DNA of 64,000 bases from positions 186,001-250,000 of the forward strand of contig NC_089430.1 of assembly GCF_026210795.1 (NCBI RefSeq), read 5' to 3'. The notes below the pieces were generated by a model. That model was not told where the DNA came from. It saw only the letters and a list, made by a program, of their open reading frames with translations, and made no database searches. This DNA comes from Rhizophagus irregularis (lineage: Eukaryota). Positions 38,810 through 51,765 of this stretch are shown here, piece after piece (within the stretch, counting starts at the first letter, position 1; each line of letters opens with the position of its first letter). A program made the position numbers and the translations under genes.

Positions 38810-39942
38810 AACTTACTTTATTATTTTCGTTATAATCTAAAATAAAAATAAAAATTAATTGATTATTATAAAAAATTTTTTGTAATATAAAATGAAAAAA
38901 TAAGTATTAATTATTACCTTTTCGCGGTTGATTGGAAATCCGCCCAGATTTTTTTCTTTCATTTTTTTTCTTCCCGCTCTTTCCGCTGACATTTGTATTG
39001 GTATTGTCAACGTCTGTATTATTATCGTTATTATCAGACTTCAAGAAAAGTTTAAAAGAGATATAACTGAAGTTAAAAATATGTTGCTTTAACAAAATGC
39101 TTATACTATATATATTATACCTTATCTGATAAATCATCTGCAGTTCCACTACTACTAATGACCACTTTGTTTTTAATTTTATCTCTAGTGATCACCGATT
39201 TATTCTTTTTTAAAATAACTTCCATTTCCTTCTTCTTTAGTCTTTTTTGGTGAGCACCTTTTATAAAATTCAAAAATTAATATGTATTTATTTTTATAAA
39301 TAAATATAATTCAAAAGGTGAAATTATTATTTACGTTTATTGTTCATCGAGCGGCGAAATAATTCTTTGATAGCCCAATCTCCTGTTGTTTTGGGAAAAT
39401 GACTATTATTTCCTTTGAACTGAAAAAAGAATTTTGTTAAATGTATTATAAATGTATTGATTTAAAATATGATTAAATGATTAATTTACAATATACTCAC
39501 CTTCTCAATAATTTTTAATATTGCTCTCCTCTCCTGCTTTTCCCAGGACGTTTCAACATCGATATACGCTTCAATTAGGTCACGTATACTTGACTAGTAA
39601 AATATATAAAAGTTAAATCCTAAAATGACAATACATGAATTATATCAACAATTACATATTTATATATTACAAACTTTGTAACCATTAAATTCCTCATTAT
39701 TCAGGTTTAAAATTTTTGCAATATTAATATAAGCACCGGTTGGTTTGGAAATTGATACAGTTTCATCCACCACTTTTTCTAGAATTCTCTATATTTATAA
39801 TTAAAACTTAATATTGTTAAAAAGAGATCAAACTGCAATATAAATGCTAAACTTAACTTACATTTTGTTGAACAGGAAGATCTGACGATTTTTTTGATTG
39901 ATTAAGAACGGTTATTTTATTTAATTTTTTGTTAGTAGCCAT
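38810..39942 (-). CDS. Multi-exon accessory gene divergent from the transposase (putative DNA-binding protein)
   Basis: Spliced reading MATNKKLNK...ISKPTGAYINIAKILNLNNEEFNGYK..SIRDLIEAYIDVETSWEKQ...FPKTTGDWAIKELFRRSMNNK with GT-AG introns; 3' part uncertain. Confidence 0.6.
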
Positions 39943-40412
39943 AACAGAAAAATTCAAATGTAATGAAGAGAAATTCAGATAGAACGAAGAAAACGAAGAA
40001 AAAAAAGAATGAATTAAATTTCTCTGAATTTATATTAACTTGACGAGGTTTTTTTTTTAAAAAAAAAGGTAGAAACATTAGCGATTTTTCCTAAAAAGGA
40101 AAGATAAATGAATAATTTTTTTTTAAAAAAAAAGACAGAAACATCATCGACATTTCTTAAAAAAGAAAAATAAAATGATCAAATTTTTTCTAAAAAAATT
40201 GATAGCGATATTGTGTACAAAAAAGGAATATAAAAGGGTTTTTATAACATCTATTTTTAGCTATTTCAACAGTTACGGTAGAGTTTTTTAAATAAAGAAT
40301 AATAAAATGAATAAACGATACAAATTATTATAATCGTGTGTGACTTAATAAAAATATGAAGATTTTCCACTAGATTTAGTATTTTTGGGAAATTGGTATC
40401 AGAAGTTTCCTA

Positions 40413-40445
<33 letters not shown>

Positions 40446-40802
40446 GTAGAAACATTATCGATTTTCTTAAGATTTTTTAAAAAAAATTGACAATATTTGA
40501 CAGCAATATTGTATACAAAAAAGGAATACAAAAGGGTTTTAAAATTGACAATATTTGACAGTAATATTGTATACAAAAAAGGAATACAAAAGGGGTTTTT
40601 ATATCATCTATTTATAAAATTACACGGCTATTTCATCATAAGACGACCAGTCAAGGTAAAGCGATCATTTTTTTTTTTTAAAAAAAAAAGAACAATCTTT
40701 TTTTTAAAAAATGACAGCATTCGAAGTACGAAAAAGGAATACAAAGGAGGTTTTCATATCTATTTTTAAAATTACACAGCCATTTTATCATAAGATTTCA
40801 AC

Positions 40803-41009
40803 CCCTATAAAAAATTTTTATCCGAATTTTTCCATTATTTCTTCGTGTTTTCTGTGTCTTCCGTAAAAATTCGTGTGAAAATGACACATTCACGGATATC
40901 GAGATGAAAATTTCCATGATTTAAAGCTATTATTAATTCCATTAAAATGATACATTCATAAAAAAAAACATGGAAAGATAAATAAAATATGGATCAGATT
41001 TTTACAGGG
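40803..41009. mobile_element. Small CCCT-terminated MITE
   Basis: CCCTATAAAAAATTTTTATCC versus CCCTGTAAAAATCTGATCC; target duplication not evident. Confidence 0.55.
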
Positions 41010-42619
41010 ATGTAATACTTATTTAAAATAATAGTTATTTAATTTGATGATTTTTTTTGAAGACAAAAAAATAGTGATAGTATTACTGTAGATTAAGTGT
41101 TAGATCCTCGAACGAGGATAATTTTTTTTAAGATGATTAATTTATCGTTAATCGCAACGAAATAAATAGGTGTGTAAACACTAGTGTAAAGATGTATGTA
41201 AAGAGGTATGTATAATGCTTTTTTTTAAAAAAAAAATAGGCAGAAACATTATCAATTGTTCTTAAAAAAAAAAATAATCTTTTTTTTTAATACAATATTC
41301 GAAGTACAAAAAAGGAATACAAAAGTCTATTTTTAAATTACACAGCCATCTTAAAACGACAATATTTAACAGGAATATTTGTGTACAAATTATTCCGAAT
41401 AAAGATAAATCAAAATTTTTTAGCTTATAAAATCTGAAACATAAATTTTATGCAGTGTGAAAAAAAAAAGTATTTTAGTTTTTAATTTTTATAAATCTTG
41501 TATAGTGTAAAAAAAAAGTGTTTATTTTTTATAAATTGTGAAAAAAAAGTATTGGAAAAAAAATGTCGAATAATAAAGTATTATGTATATGTTCCAAATG
41601 TAAAAAAAAAGGATCAGATAATATTGGTAAATATGTGCATCCTACTACCAAATGGAGACATATTAAAAATGCAAAAAAGAATTATAATTTTAGCGACAAC
41701 GATGATGATAGCGACGATCACAGGTCGAACAGATGTCATTGTCGCAAAATTTGCCTGGAATTTTTCTGGCAAATTGAGAATTATCCCGGTAAATTGAGGT
41801 AAATTGTGTTACAATTTTGGGATAATGGAGGTCTTACAATTTGGCAAATTTTGTCAAAATGGCGACAATCCTACACAATTCCTAATTCAAATGTTGAGAA
41901 ATTTTTCAGAAATTTTAGTCAAATTTTTAGTAATTTTATGCAAACGTAATGAAAATTGTGGTGAATTTAGTCAAAATTTTTAGTAATGTTATGTAAACGT
42001 AATGAAAATTGTGGTGAATTTAGTCAAATTTTTAGTAATTTTATGCAAACGTAATGAAAATTGTGGTGAATTTAGTTAAATTTTTAGTAATTTTATGCAA
42101 ACGTAATGCAAATTGTGGTGAATTTAGTCAAATTTTTAGTAATGTTATGTAAACGAAGTGCAAATTGTGGTGAATTTTTAGCAATATTAGGCCAATGTTA
42201 TGTAAATTGTGATGAATTTTTTGTAATGATACGTAAATTGCAAATTTGAAATAAAAACTTTCCATTGTTGCACAATTTACCGGAAAAATTCTGGTAAATT
42301 GTGCATTTTTTTGTCAAATTTTGGAAAAATGGACCATTTTACCAAAATTTAACTTTCAAATGCTAGAAAATTTTTAGCAATTTTAGACAATTGAGTGACA
42401 ATTGTTTGACAATTTTTGGACAATTGAGTGTAAATGTAATATTTTTAAGACAATTTCTGACAATTGAGTAATAATTAAGCAACAATTTTGAGTAATTTTA
42501 TACAAATTTTATAACAATTTATTGATTCTAATTTTATTAACAATTTATCTAATTATTCAATTATAACGTGTAATTAAGTACAATAATGTTAAAAAAAACA
42601 AACATCAAAAAAAAACAAA

Positions 42620-44310
42620 AAGTTTCGAAGGTTAATCTTCGAAACTCACCAAGCAAGGAGCCAAAGAACTATTATCTTGTTACAATAACCTACAAAAAAA
42701 GAAAACCATTCAGTTAGAATGTTTCTTAAAGATAAAACAGAAGTTTCGTAACGAAACGTACGAAACTTACCATTTCAGAAGCCATATCCAATACCTGAAC
42801 GTAAAGTAATGGCTTCTATTCAACAATGGTTTTACGAGATTCATGTTACCTAAGTTAGCTTCCCAGATATCCCGAACCTACAAAAAAGAAAAGGAACGTT
42901 AGTAAACGGTTCCTAATAAAAAAAAATTAAGTTTCATGATATTTGTCATGAAACTCACCATTTAAACTGAAGTTTCGAAGTTATACTTCGAAACCTACAC
43001 GTTATCCAAACCCAAGTTCGAATCTGGAGGGGAGGGACCTACAAAAGAGAATAAAGAAATGTTAATAAAACATTTCTTTAAAAAACAAACTGAAGTTTCG
43101 CAACGTTTTTTTTGTTGCGAAACTTACCAAAGTCAAGTATCCCGCTCGAACCTACAAAAAAAAAATAGAAAAGAAACGTTAAAAAACGTTTCTAATAATA
43201 AAAAAAAAACACGGTAAGTTTCGTTGCGAAACTTACCATTTTCACTTTCCAATGATACCCGAATTGGAGACCTACAAGAAATGAAAAAGTAAAAGAAACG
43301 TTAGAACGTTTCTTAATTAAAAAAAACAAAAAAGATAAGTTTCGTTGATGAAACGAAACTTACATTTTTCCGTTTCGGAATCCTAGAGCACCGGAACCTA
43401 CAAAAAAAGTAGAAGAAACGTTAGAGAACGTTTCTTAATTAAAAAGAAAATAAAATATTTTAAGTTTCGTTAAAACGAAACTTACATGTTAACGTTTCGG
43501 AATCTTGGAGTACCAGAACCTACAAAAAAAGTAAAAGAAACGTTAGAACGTTTCTTAATTAAAAAAAATATAATATAATAAGTTTCGTTAAGTTTCGTTA
43601 AAACGAAACTTACATTTTCCGTTTCGGGAATCCTGGAGCACCGGAACCACCGAACCTACAAAAAAAGTAAAAGAAACGTTATAGAACGTTTCTTAATTAA
43701 AAAAATATAATATAAGTTTCGTTAAAACGAAACTTACATTTCCGTTTCGGCCATTAATGAATATTCATGCTGAAACTTGGCGTTCTCCTGAACCTACAAA
43801 AAAAAGTAAAAGAAACGTTAGAACGTTTCTTAATTAAAATAAAAATATAAATATAATTAAGTTTCGTTAAACTTACATTTCCGTTTCGGAATCGAGGAGG
43901 GCCATTAATGAATATTCATGTGAAACTTGGCGTTCTCCTGGACCTACAAAAAAAAAGTAAAAGAAACGTTAGAACGTTTCTTAATTAAAATAAAAATATA
44001 AATATAAGTTTCGTTAAACGAAACTTACATTTTGCCGTTTCGGAAACCTGGAGTACCGGAACCTACAAAAATAAAGTAAAAGAAACGTTAAAACGTTTCT
44101 TAATAAAGAAAAAAATAAAAAAAAAATAGTTTCGTAAGATAACAAACTTTACCCGACTTCTCCAAATGTAACGATAATTGCCATACCAACGGGAAATGGG
44201 AAAGGTGAGGGGAAGGACGAGAGAGAGGGAAGTGGGGAGAGAGAGGGAAGGAGAAACGAGAGGGAGGGTGACGGGAAAATGGTGAGAAGAAGGGAAGAGC
44301 GAAATAAACT
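42620..44310 (-). ncRNA. Putative spliced non-coding transcript with 11 repeated structured introns and short exons
   Basis: Introns at 44152-44063, 44028-43944, 43876-43794, 43737-43656, 43613-43520, 43485-43398, 43363-43272, 43236-43152, 43127-43039, 42958-42878, 42770-42690; typically GT(A/G)AGTTTC...(C/T/A)TAAC...pyrimidine tract-TGTAG. Transcription is inferred. Confidence 0.7.
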
Positions 44311-44339
44311 AAATTAGTTTTTTTTTTAAACTCTAAAAA

Positions 44340-44476
44340 AAAACTGCGGCTGCGGCTGCGGCTGCAATAGTTTATTTTTAGTATTTTTAGGTTAGTTAAA
44401 AAATGAACTGCGGCTGCGGCTGCAGTTTAACCAAGTTCATGTCACGTGATACACGTGACATGTATTTTATATAAAT
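44340..44476. promoter_or_regulatory. Putative (possibly bidirectional) promoter
   Basis: Two (CTGCGG)n tracts, perfect dyad CATGTCACGTG-ATA-CACGTGACATG (44438-44462) with two CACGTG boxes, and TATA-like TTTTATATAAATA. Confidence 0.5.
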
Positions 44477-47400
44477 AGGGGGCTTTTCCCCGAAACTTTT
44501 TTTTTTCTTTTTTTTATAATTTTTTTAATTTAATGATAGATGTATATATATACTTATATATATACATATATATATATCTATCTAATAAACTTTACGAAAA
44601 GCCCCTCCTCTGTAAACAGGTAGAGGCCATAAAGTACCTATAGGGGGAGAGCCATTGCTGCTCCCTCCGCCTGTTTATAGTGACAAAAAGAGGGAGTCTT
44701 CAGTAGTAAGGTTTAGTATTAAATTAAACAACATATCACAACACATCGTGTTGTTACATTGTTAATATTAACAATGTGTTTAATGTTAAATAATGCGTTT
44801 AGAATATAAATATTATAAATTTAATAATGTCCGTAATTTACAAATAAATAAAAATTATCATCAATTTTAATGTAATTAAGTGTAATTCTACGTTATCCAA
44901 TGTAATTGTAATATTTTTTTGTGTTTTTTAGTGCAATTCCGCGTTTTTTAGTGCAATTCCGCATTTTCTAGCATAATGTTACATTTTCCAGCATAAATAA
45001 AAATTATCCTAATAATTTTAATGTAATTAAGTGTAATGCTACGTTATTCAGTGTAATTGTAGTATTTTTTTGTGTTTTTTAGTGCAATTCTGCATTTTTT
45101 AGTGCAATTCCACATTTTCTAGCATAATGTTACATTTTCCAGTATAACGCGAAATTTTCTAAAAAATATGATAATTGTGGTACTTTTTAGTGTAATGCTA
45201 CATTGTCTAGTGTAATTGTGGTATTTTTTAGTTCAATTCCACATAATCTAGTATAGTGCTACATTTTTCAGTATAATTTAATGTAATGTAGAATTTTCCA
45301 AAAAATGTGATAATTGTGATACTTTTTAGTGTAATTTGGTGAAATGCTACATTTTCCAGTGTAATGCTATATTATTGAGCATTTTCCAAAAAAAAATTGT
45401 AACATTTTAACATTCTGACGAAAATGAAACATTTGACCAAAAAAACATAAAATTTGCTGAAAATATGCAACATTTGACAAAAAATATAGAATTTTCATAA
45501 AAAATGCACCATTTGCTAGAAAATTGGAATATTTGACAAAATTTGATTTTAATTGACAATGTTACAACAATTTTATGAAATGTTGTTACAATGATATCAC
45601 ATTGGAGATAAAATGTGGCATTTTCATAAAAATGCACCATTTGCAAGAAAATTGGAACATTTGACAAAAAAAAAGCAAAATTTGATTTTAATGACAATGT
45701 TATAACAATGTCACAAAATGTTACGAAATGTTACATTTGAGATATAATGTAGCATTTTCCCAAAATTTCATAAAATTTGCTAAATCGGACAATGTTGTAA
45801 CAATGCTATTCCAAAAAATTGCTCAGCGTAATGCAGCATTTTCCACAATTTCCCACCATTTTCCAGAAAAATGTGGAATTTGCATTTTTTGAATTTTGGA
45901 CAATGGTGCCCCTTCGACCTGTGGATGACGATAGCGATAATGATGATAATAATAATAATAATAACGATCATGATGACGATAATAATGATAACGATAATGA
46001 TGATAATAATAACGACCACGACAAAGACCACGATGACGATAATGATCACGATGACGACCACGATAATGATGGCGATAATGATGATAATAATAACGACTAC
46101 GACGATAATAATCATGATGATAATGATGTAGAATATAAACAGTAAGTATTAAAAAGAATATTTCTGTTATTCGTTAACTAATAATGATTATTAAATGTTT
46201 TATATTATATTTTAATTGTAATGATGATAGGAGGAATGAACTTGATAATAGATCTTCAAGATCTCCTACTCCCGTTTTCATAGTAATTGATGATGATTGC
46301 TATGATGACAATCAAGAACACCATGACAATCGTGACAATTCTGATGAAAAAACAGAATCATCAACTGCAACTGAATCTGAATCTTATGAAAGTTTATATG
46401 ATTCTTTTGATGATAATAATACGTTTGAAGTATTACAAAAAGGACTATATAGTAGCGATAATGAATCATCTGATGACGGTATTAATTTAACAGAAGATAA
46501 TATACGCAATATTTATTTATTTATTTAAATTATTTATTATTAATGCAAATACATATTATTTGTAGGGTCTAATATTGTAGGGTCTAATATTAATAGTATT
46601 AATGATGAAGTTGCTAGAGGTTTACGTCTTCTTGAAGTAAAAACTCGACAAAATATTACTGATGCAGCCTTTAAAGAAATTGTTACTGCAGCTAGTGGTA
46701 ATTTTACAAGTCAATATACACTAATAAAAACACTTAAAAATATAGTTCCTATTAAACCAATTTGGGTTGATATGTGCATAAATTCATGCTGCGCTTTTAC
46801 TGGTAATTTGAAAACATTAAATAAATGTACTTATTGTAAAGCTGAACGTTATCAAGAAGGAGGACGACCAAGAGCACAAGTAGCATATTTTTCAATTCAG
46901 AATCGATTTAAAATTCAATATCAAGATCCAACACGCGCAAAACAATTACGTTATCATTCTGAATATATTACCAGAGAAGATGATGGTGCTATTGGCAATG
47001 TATTTGATGGCTCACAATATAAATATCTATCCCAAGAGGGATATTTTCAAGATGATCGTGATATTGTACTTTTAGGTTCTGTTGACGGTTATCAACTATT
47101 CAAACAAAAATGTAATGATTGTTGGATAGTTTTATTTATTAATGCTAATTTGCCACCCCATCAATGTGTAAAAAAAGAAAATTTACTTATTACTTCAATC
47201 ATCCCGGGTCCTAAAGCTCCAAAAAATTTTAATTCTTTTATGAAACCAATAGTTGAAGAATTATGCTTATTAAATGGTAATTTTAATTACATACATTATG
47301 ATAAAACTTAATGATAAAAAAAAATATATTAAAAATAATTGTAAATTTGTAAATTTGTAGATGGTGTTGAATGCTATGATGGTGCTACGAATGAGAATTT

Positions 47401-49869
47401 CCTCCTAAAAGTTACGGTACTTTCCTGGTCTGGAGATACTCCTGGATTGTCAAAACTTGCTTGCTTAACTGGACATAATTCATACATGGCATGTCGTTAC
47501 TGTGATCTTCGAGGGATATATAATAATCATGTATATTATCCTACAACACCACCATCAATTGAAACATATAAAACTTATAATCCATCAGATTTACCAAAAA
47601 GAACTCATAGAGATTATAAGATAAGAATTGAACAAATAACGACAATACCGCCATCAAGAACACACGATACATTAATTTCTGATTTAGGTAAATAATAAAT
47701 CTATTGCAACATAATTTTTTTTACTATAAAATTAATAATTATTATTTTGAAATAGGTGTTACAGGACGTAGTGTTTTATTAGAAATAGAAACAACTCGAT
47801 TTCCTACATGTTTTCTAATAGATATTATGCATTTGTTTTATGAAAACATCGCATTATATATGTTAAAACATTGGATGGGTTGTTTTTTTAAAGATTCTAT
47901 TCTTAATGATCAGCTATATGTAATTAACAACAAACAATGGACTGAGATTGGGATTGAAATGGAAACTATAAGAAAATCCATTCCAACTGATTTTGGTCGA
48001 TCACCACGAAATATCTTACATCACCATAATGGTTACAAAGCAGAGGAGTGGGCTTCATGGATAACCTTATATTCTTTACCTTTATTAAAAGATCGTTCGC
48101 CAGAAAAATATCTTAAAGGTTGGTCCTTTTTTGTTAAAGCTGTTCAGCTTTGTCATGATCAAGAAGAAATAAGGAAATTATTATTGCTATTTTATCAACA
48201 TTATAAACGGTATATATATTACAACATTTATTTATTTATTTGAATCTTTATTGTTTTTTTATTAAAATAATATTATTTTTAGTTATTATTATCAGTTTTT
48301 GGCTGCCCGACTAAGTGTAATGAAAGTATGCTTTCATTATATTTTACATGTTGCTGATAGCATTCAGGATACTGGACCATGTTGGTCAACATGGCAGTTT
48401 CCTATGGAACGTACTTGTGGAATGTTACAACCGCTAGCAAAATCACGTCTCCATCCATATAAAAATCTAACAAACAATGTATATTTGTTAGAATTATTTA
48501 ATAATTTGTGTTATTTTAGAAAATTTTATGATCAGATTTTTCCTTCTATACCTTGTAAAGAGTATAAAGAGCACCTGGTTTATACAAATGAGAATTATGA
48601 AGAAGAATTTCAATCCCTATAAAAAATATATATACAGTTAGTATACTGTATTTTCGTATTTTGCGAACAGTATATTTATAGTATTATTACCGTATAATTA
48701 CAGTATTTTCACATACTGTATATATTCGGTATTCTGCACACCGTATCATATATACGGTTTGCATACAGTATATTTTTCCAGTTTCACCCGTATGTTTTAT
48801 ACTTGTAAACAGTAGAAAAACCGTATGTTTTATACCAATAAACAGTATATTGTTTTATATTTTATATTGCGAACAGTATACTTTTCCAGGATAAACCGTA
48901 TATTTTATACTGATAAACAGTACTTTTTTCCAGTTTAAACTGCATATTTTGTACTGATAAATAGTATATATTATTCAATTAAATCGTATATTTTATATTT
49001 GCAAACAGAATTTAAAATGCATTTATAATCAATAAAATTTTTATTAAATAATATTAAATATACAAATATTTTTTTATAAATAATATAAATAAAAAACTAG
49101 TATAAAATAATATACTATTTGTAAAAAAAATAATATTAGCAAAATATAAACAAAAAAAAAAGAAATTTAATTAGTAATATTATCATTATTTTAAATATAA
49201 AAAAGGAATAATAAAAGGTTAGTAAAAAAAAAGAAATTTAATTAGTAATATTATCATTATGTTAGTAATATTATTAATATATTAGTTAGATATAAAAAAG
49301 TAATAAAACGATAGTAGTAATATTAGTAATATATTAAAAAAATTAAATAAAATACATAAAAGTAAAAAAAAATATAATTAATATATGTTAACATATAATA
49401 TTAATATAAAAATAAAAACATAAAACGGTGTACATATAGTTGTTTAATTAATATTGTTAAAATTCACCATTACAATTCCAGAGAGATATTAGTGAAAGTA
49501 ATTGTTAATTGATATACGAGCATATCACTTTTTGTATAATTAGTAGTTTGGTACAAATATATATATTATATATTATCAAAATAAGTTTTTTATTTAATTT
49601 TTATTATTATATGTTAAAATAATTTTGGTATTCATTTTTATTGTCTTTTTTTTCTAAAAAAAAAGAAGAGAAAAGAATATTTTTGAAAAAATAAACAAAA
49701 AATAAACAATAACGTGTTATTAATGCATGTGATCGGCGATCAGCTGAATTTTAATTGGTTAAATATAGAAATGCGAAAATTAAAAAGCAGAAGTATTTTT
49801 TTTAAAATTTAAATCATACAGATTGTTTTTAAAGTTTAATTAGTAATTTAAAAGTTCTTTTTTTTTAAT

Positions 49870-51765
49870 AAGAAAATTTGTAAAAATTTTTCTTAATACT
49901 GCTTAATTTTTAAATTAAAGCCTTAATACTAAATTAGCTAAATTAGAATTAAGAAAAATTTGTGAGAATTTTCTTTGATACTGCTTAATTTTTAAATTAA
50001 AGCTTTAATATTAAATTAGTTAAATTAGAATTAAGCAGTATTAAGAAAAATTCGCAAGAATTTTCCTTGATACTGCTTAATTTTTAAATTAAAGCCTTAA
50101 TACTACTAAATTAGTTAAATTAGAATTAACATATGGACTGATTTATGGAATTAAGTTTTTATATTCAAAAAACTAACTTTATTAAGAAAATGCTAATACA
50201 ATTTACATGAAAATGATAGATTCACACCGCTGATATAAATAAAATTGATTTGATTATATTATTTTTTGATTTTTTTAATAATATCATTAAAATTAAAAAA
50301 TTTAAATATAATTGTCATGACAAAATATTGAATAACTTAACGTGTATGTGTGCTAGACGAATGAATTTATATTCATTAGAAAGAGGTAATCAAGAGCTAT
50401 CCATAAACCAAATATCACATGAATTGGATCACAAGTTGCTGAATAATTACGTTCAATATATTTATTTTTAACCTTTGACTTTGATCGTTAATATCTTCAC
50501 ATCTAGTAATTCGATTTGAATAATCTTTTTTCGTTCAGGTAGAGTAGATTCTGGGCTTTCATATGAATATAAATATATGTGTTTAGCATACATGTACGCC
50601 GAGATATTAACGATTTTGTTAATTGAATAAAACTCTGACACAAAAATTTTTAAAATTATAATTCTTACCAAAAGATGATCTTTACAGGTATTATTGGGCT
50701 CTTTTTACTTTACTTAACAAGTTTTTATTTGCCATTTCTGTTTTAAATTGAATAAATTAATAAAATCAATTTTAAAAAGTAATTAACAAGTAGAATAAAA
50801 TTAGTATAGTAAAAAACAAAAAAAAACATCTCAAAAACTCTAAATCATAACTCACATTTTTATTTTGTATATATTTTTACTAAAAAAAAGAAGGGAATAA
50901 GGTTAAAAATAAATGAAAAAAGATTTTTCTAATTAATAAAAATTATTAATATTTGTTTTCTTACTTACTGATTAAAAAAAACCTGCTATATATGCCTATA
51001 AACTTTTCTAAGTCACCTAACAAAAATCTGATTGAAAAGTGATTGAAAAGTGATTGAAAAAGAAAGTAGTTGCCATTGTTATTTTTGAATAAACGTTAAA
51101 AAATTTTTTTTTTATTTTTTGATAGATTTAGATCATCTGATTATGTAACACATACAATTTAAGCTTGTGAAACATAATTCTTGTTAAAATGTGCAAATCT
51201 TTATGTTTGGCTAATTTCACGAATTGGCAGATATAAGCAGTATTAAGAAAAATTCGCAAGAATTTTCCTTGATACTGCTTAATTTTTAAATTAAAGCCTT
51301 TATACTAAATTAGTTAAATTAGAATTAAGCACAATAAGCAGTATTAAGAAAAATTCGCAAGAATTTTCCTTGATACTGCTTAATTTTTAAATTAAAGCCT
51401 TAATACTAAATTAGTTAAATTAGAATTAAGCAGTATTAAGAAAAATTCGCAAGAATTTTCCTTGATACTGCTTAATTTTTAAATTAAAGCCTTAATACTA
51501 AATTAGTCAAATTAGAATTAAGCAGTATTAAGAAAAATTCATGAGAATTTTCCTTGATACTGCTTAATTTTTAAATTAAAACCTTAATACTAAATTAGTT
51601 AAATTAGAATTAAGCAGTATTAAGAAAAATTCGCAAGAATTTTCCTTGATACTGATTAATTTTTAAATTAAAACCTTAATACTAAATTAGTTAAATTAGA
51701 ATTAAGTAGTATTAAGAAAAATTCATGAGAATTTTCCTTAATACTGCTTAATTTTTAAATTATAA
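49870..51765. repeat. 92-bp palindromic tandem repeats in two blocks (49870-50130, 51235-51765)
   Basis: Unit contains AAGCAGTATTAAGAAAAATT-cgcaag-AATTTTCCTTGATACTGCTT; spacing 51428 to 51520 is 92. Confidence 0.9.

Larger units (their letters stand above)
41719..45923. mobile_element. Non-autonomous CACAG-terminated (CACTA-like) element carrying an intron array
   Basis: TIR CACAGGTCGAA (imperfect to about 33 bp), 3-bp duplication GAT (41716-41718, 45924-45926); removal restores the transposase frame; subterminal tandem repeats at 41910-42180 (about 52 bp) and 44860-45770. Confidence 0.9.

Noticed and set aside
36981..41009. Pairing the 36981 terminus with the ACAGGG end at 41009
   Set aside because: The 41009 end matches the 40803 terminus better, and the same local repeats lie on both sides of 40803-41009.
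42620..44152. True CRISPR array
   Set aside because: Eukaryotic context, no cas genes, repeats are 81-94 nt with splice signals, and several spacers are related to each other.
42650..44184. Protein encoded by the spliced micro-exons
   Set aside because: The ATG at 44184 reaches TAA in the third exon after about 34 codons and exon lengths do not preserve frame.
45780..46131. Poly-Ile/Met hydrophobic ORFs, and similar ORFs at 62080-62718
   Set aside because: Alternative frames or antisense of Asp/Asn-rich and Gln-rich tracts.
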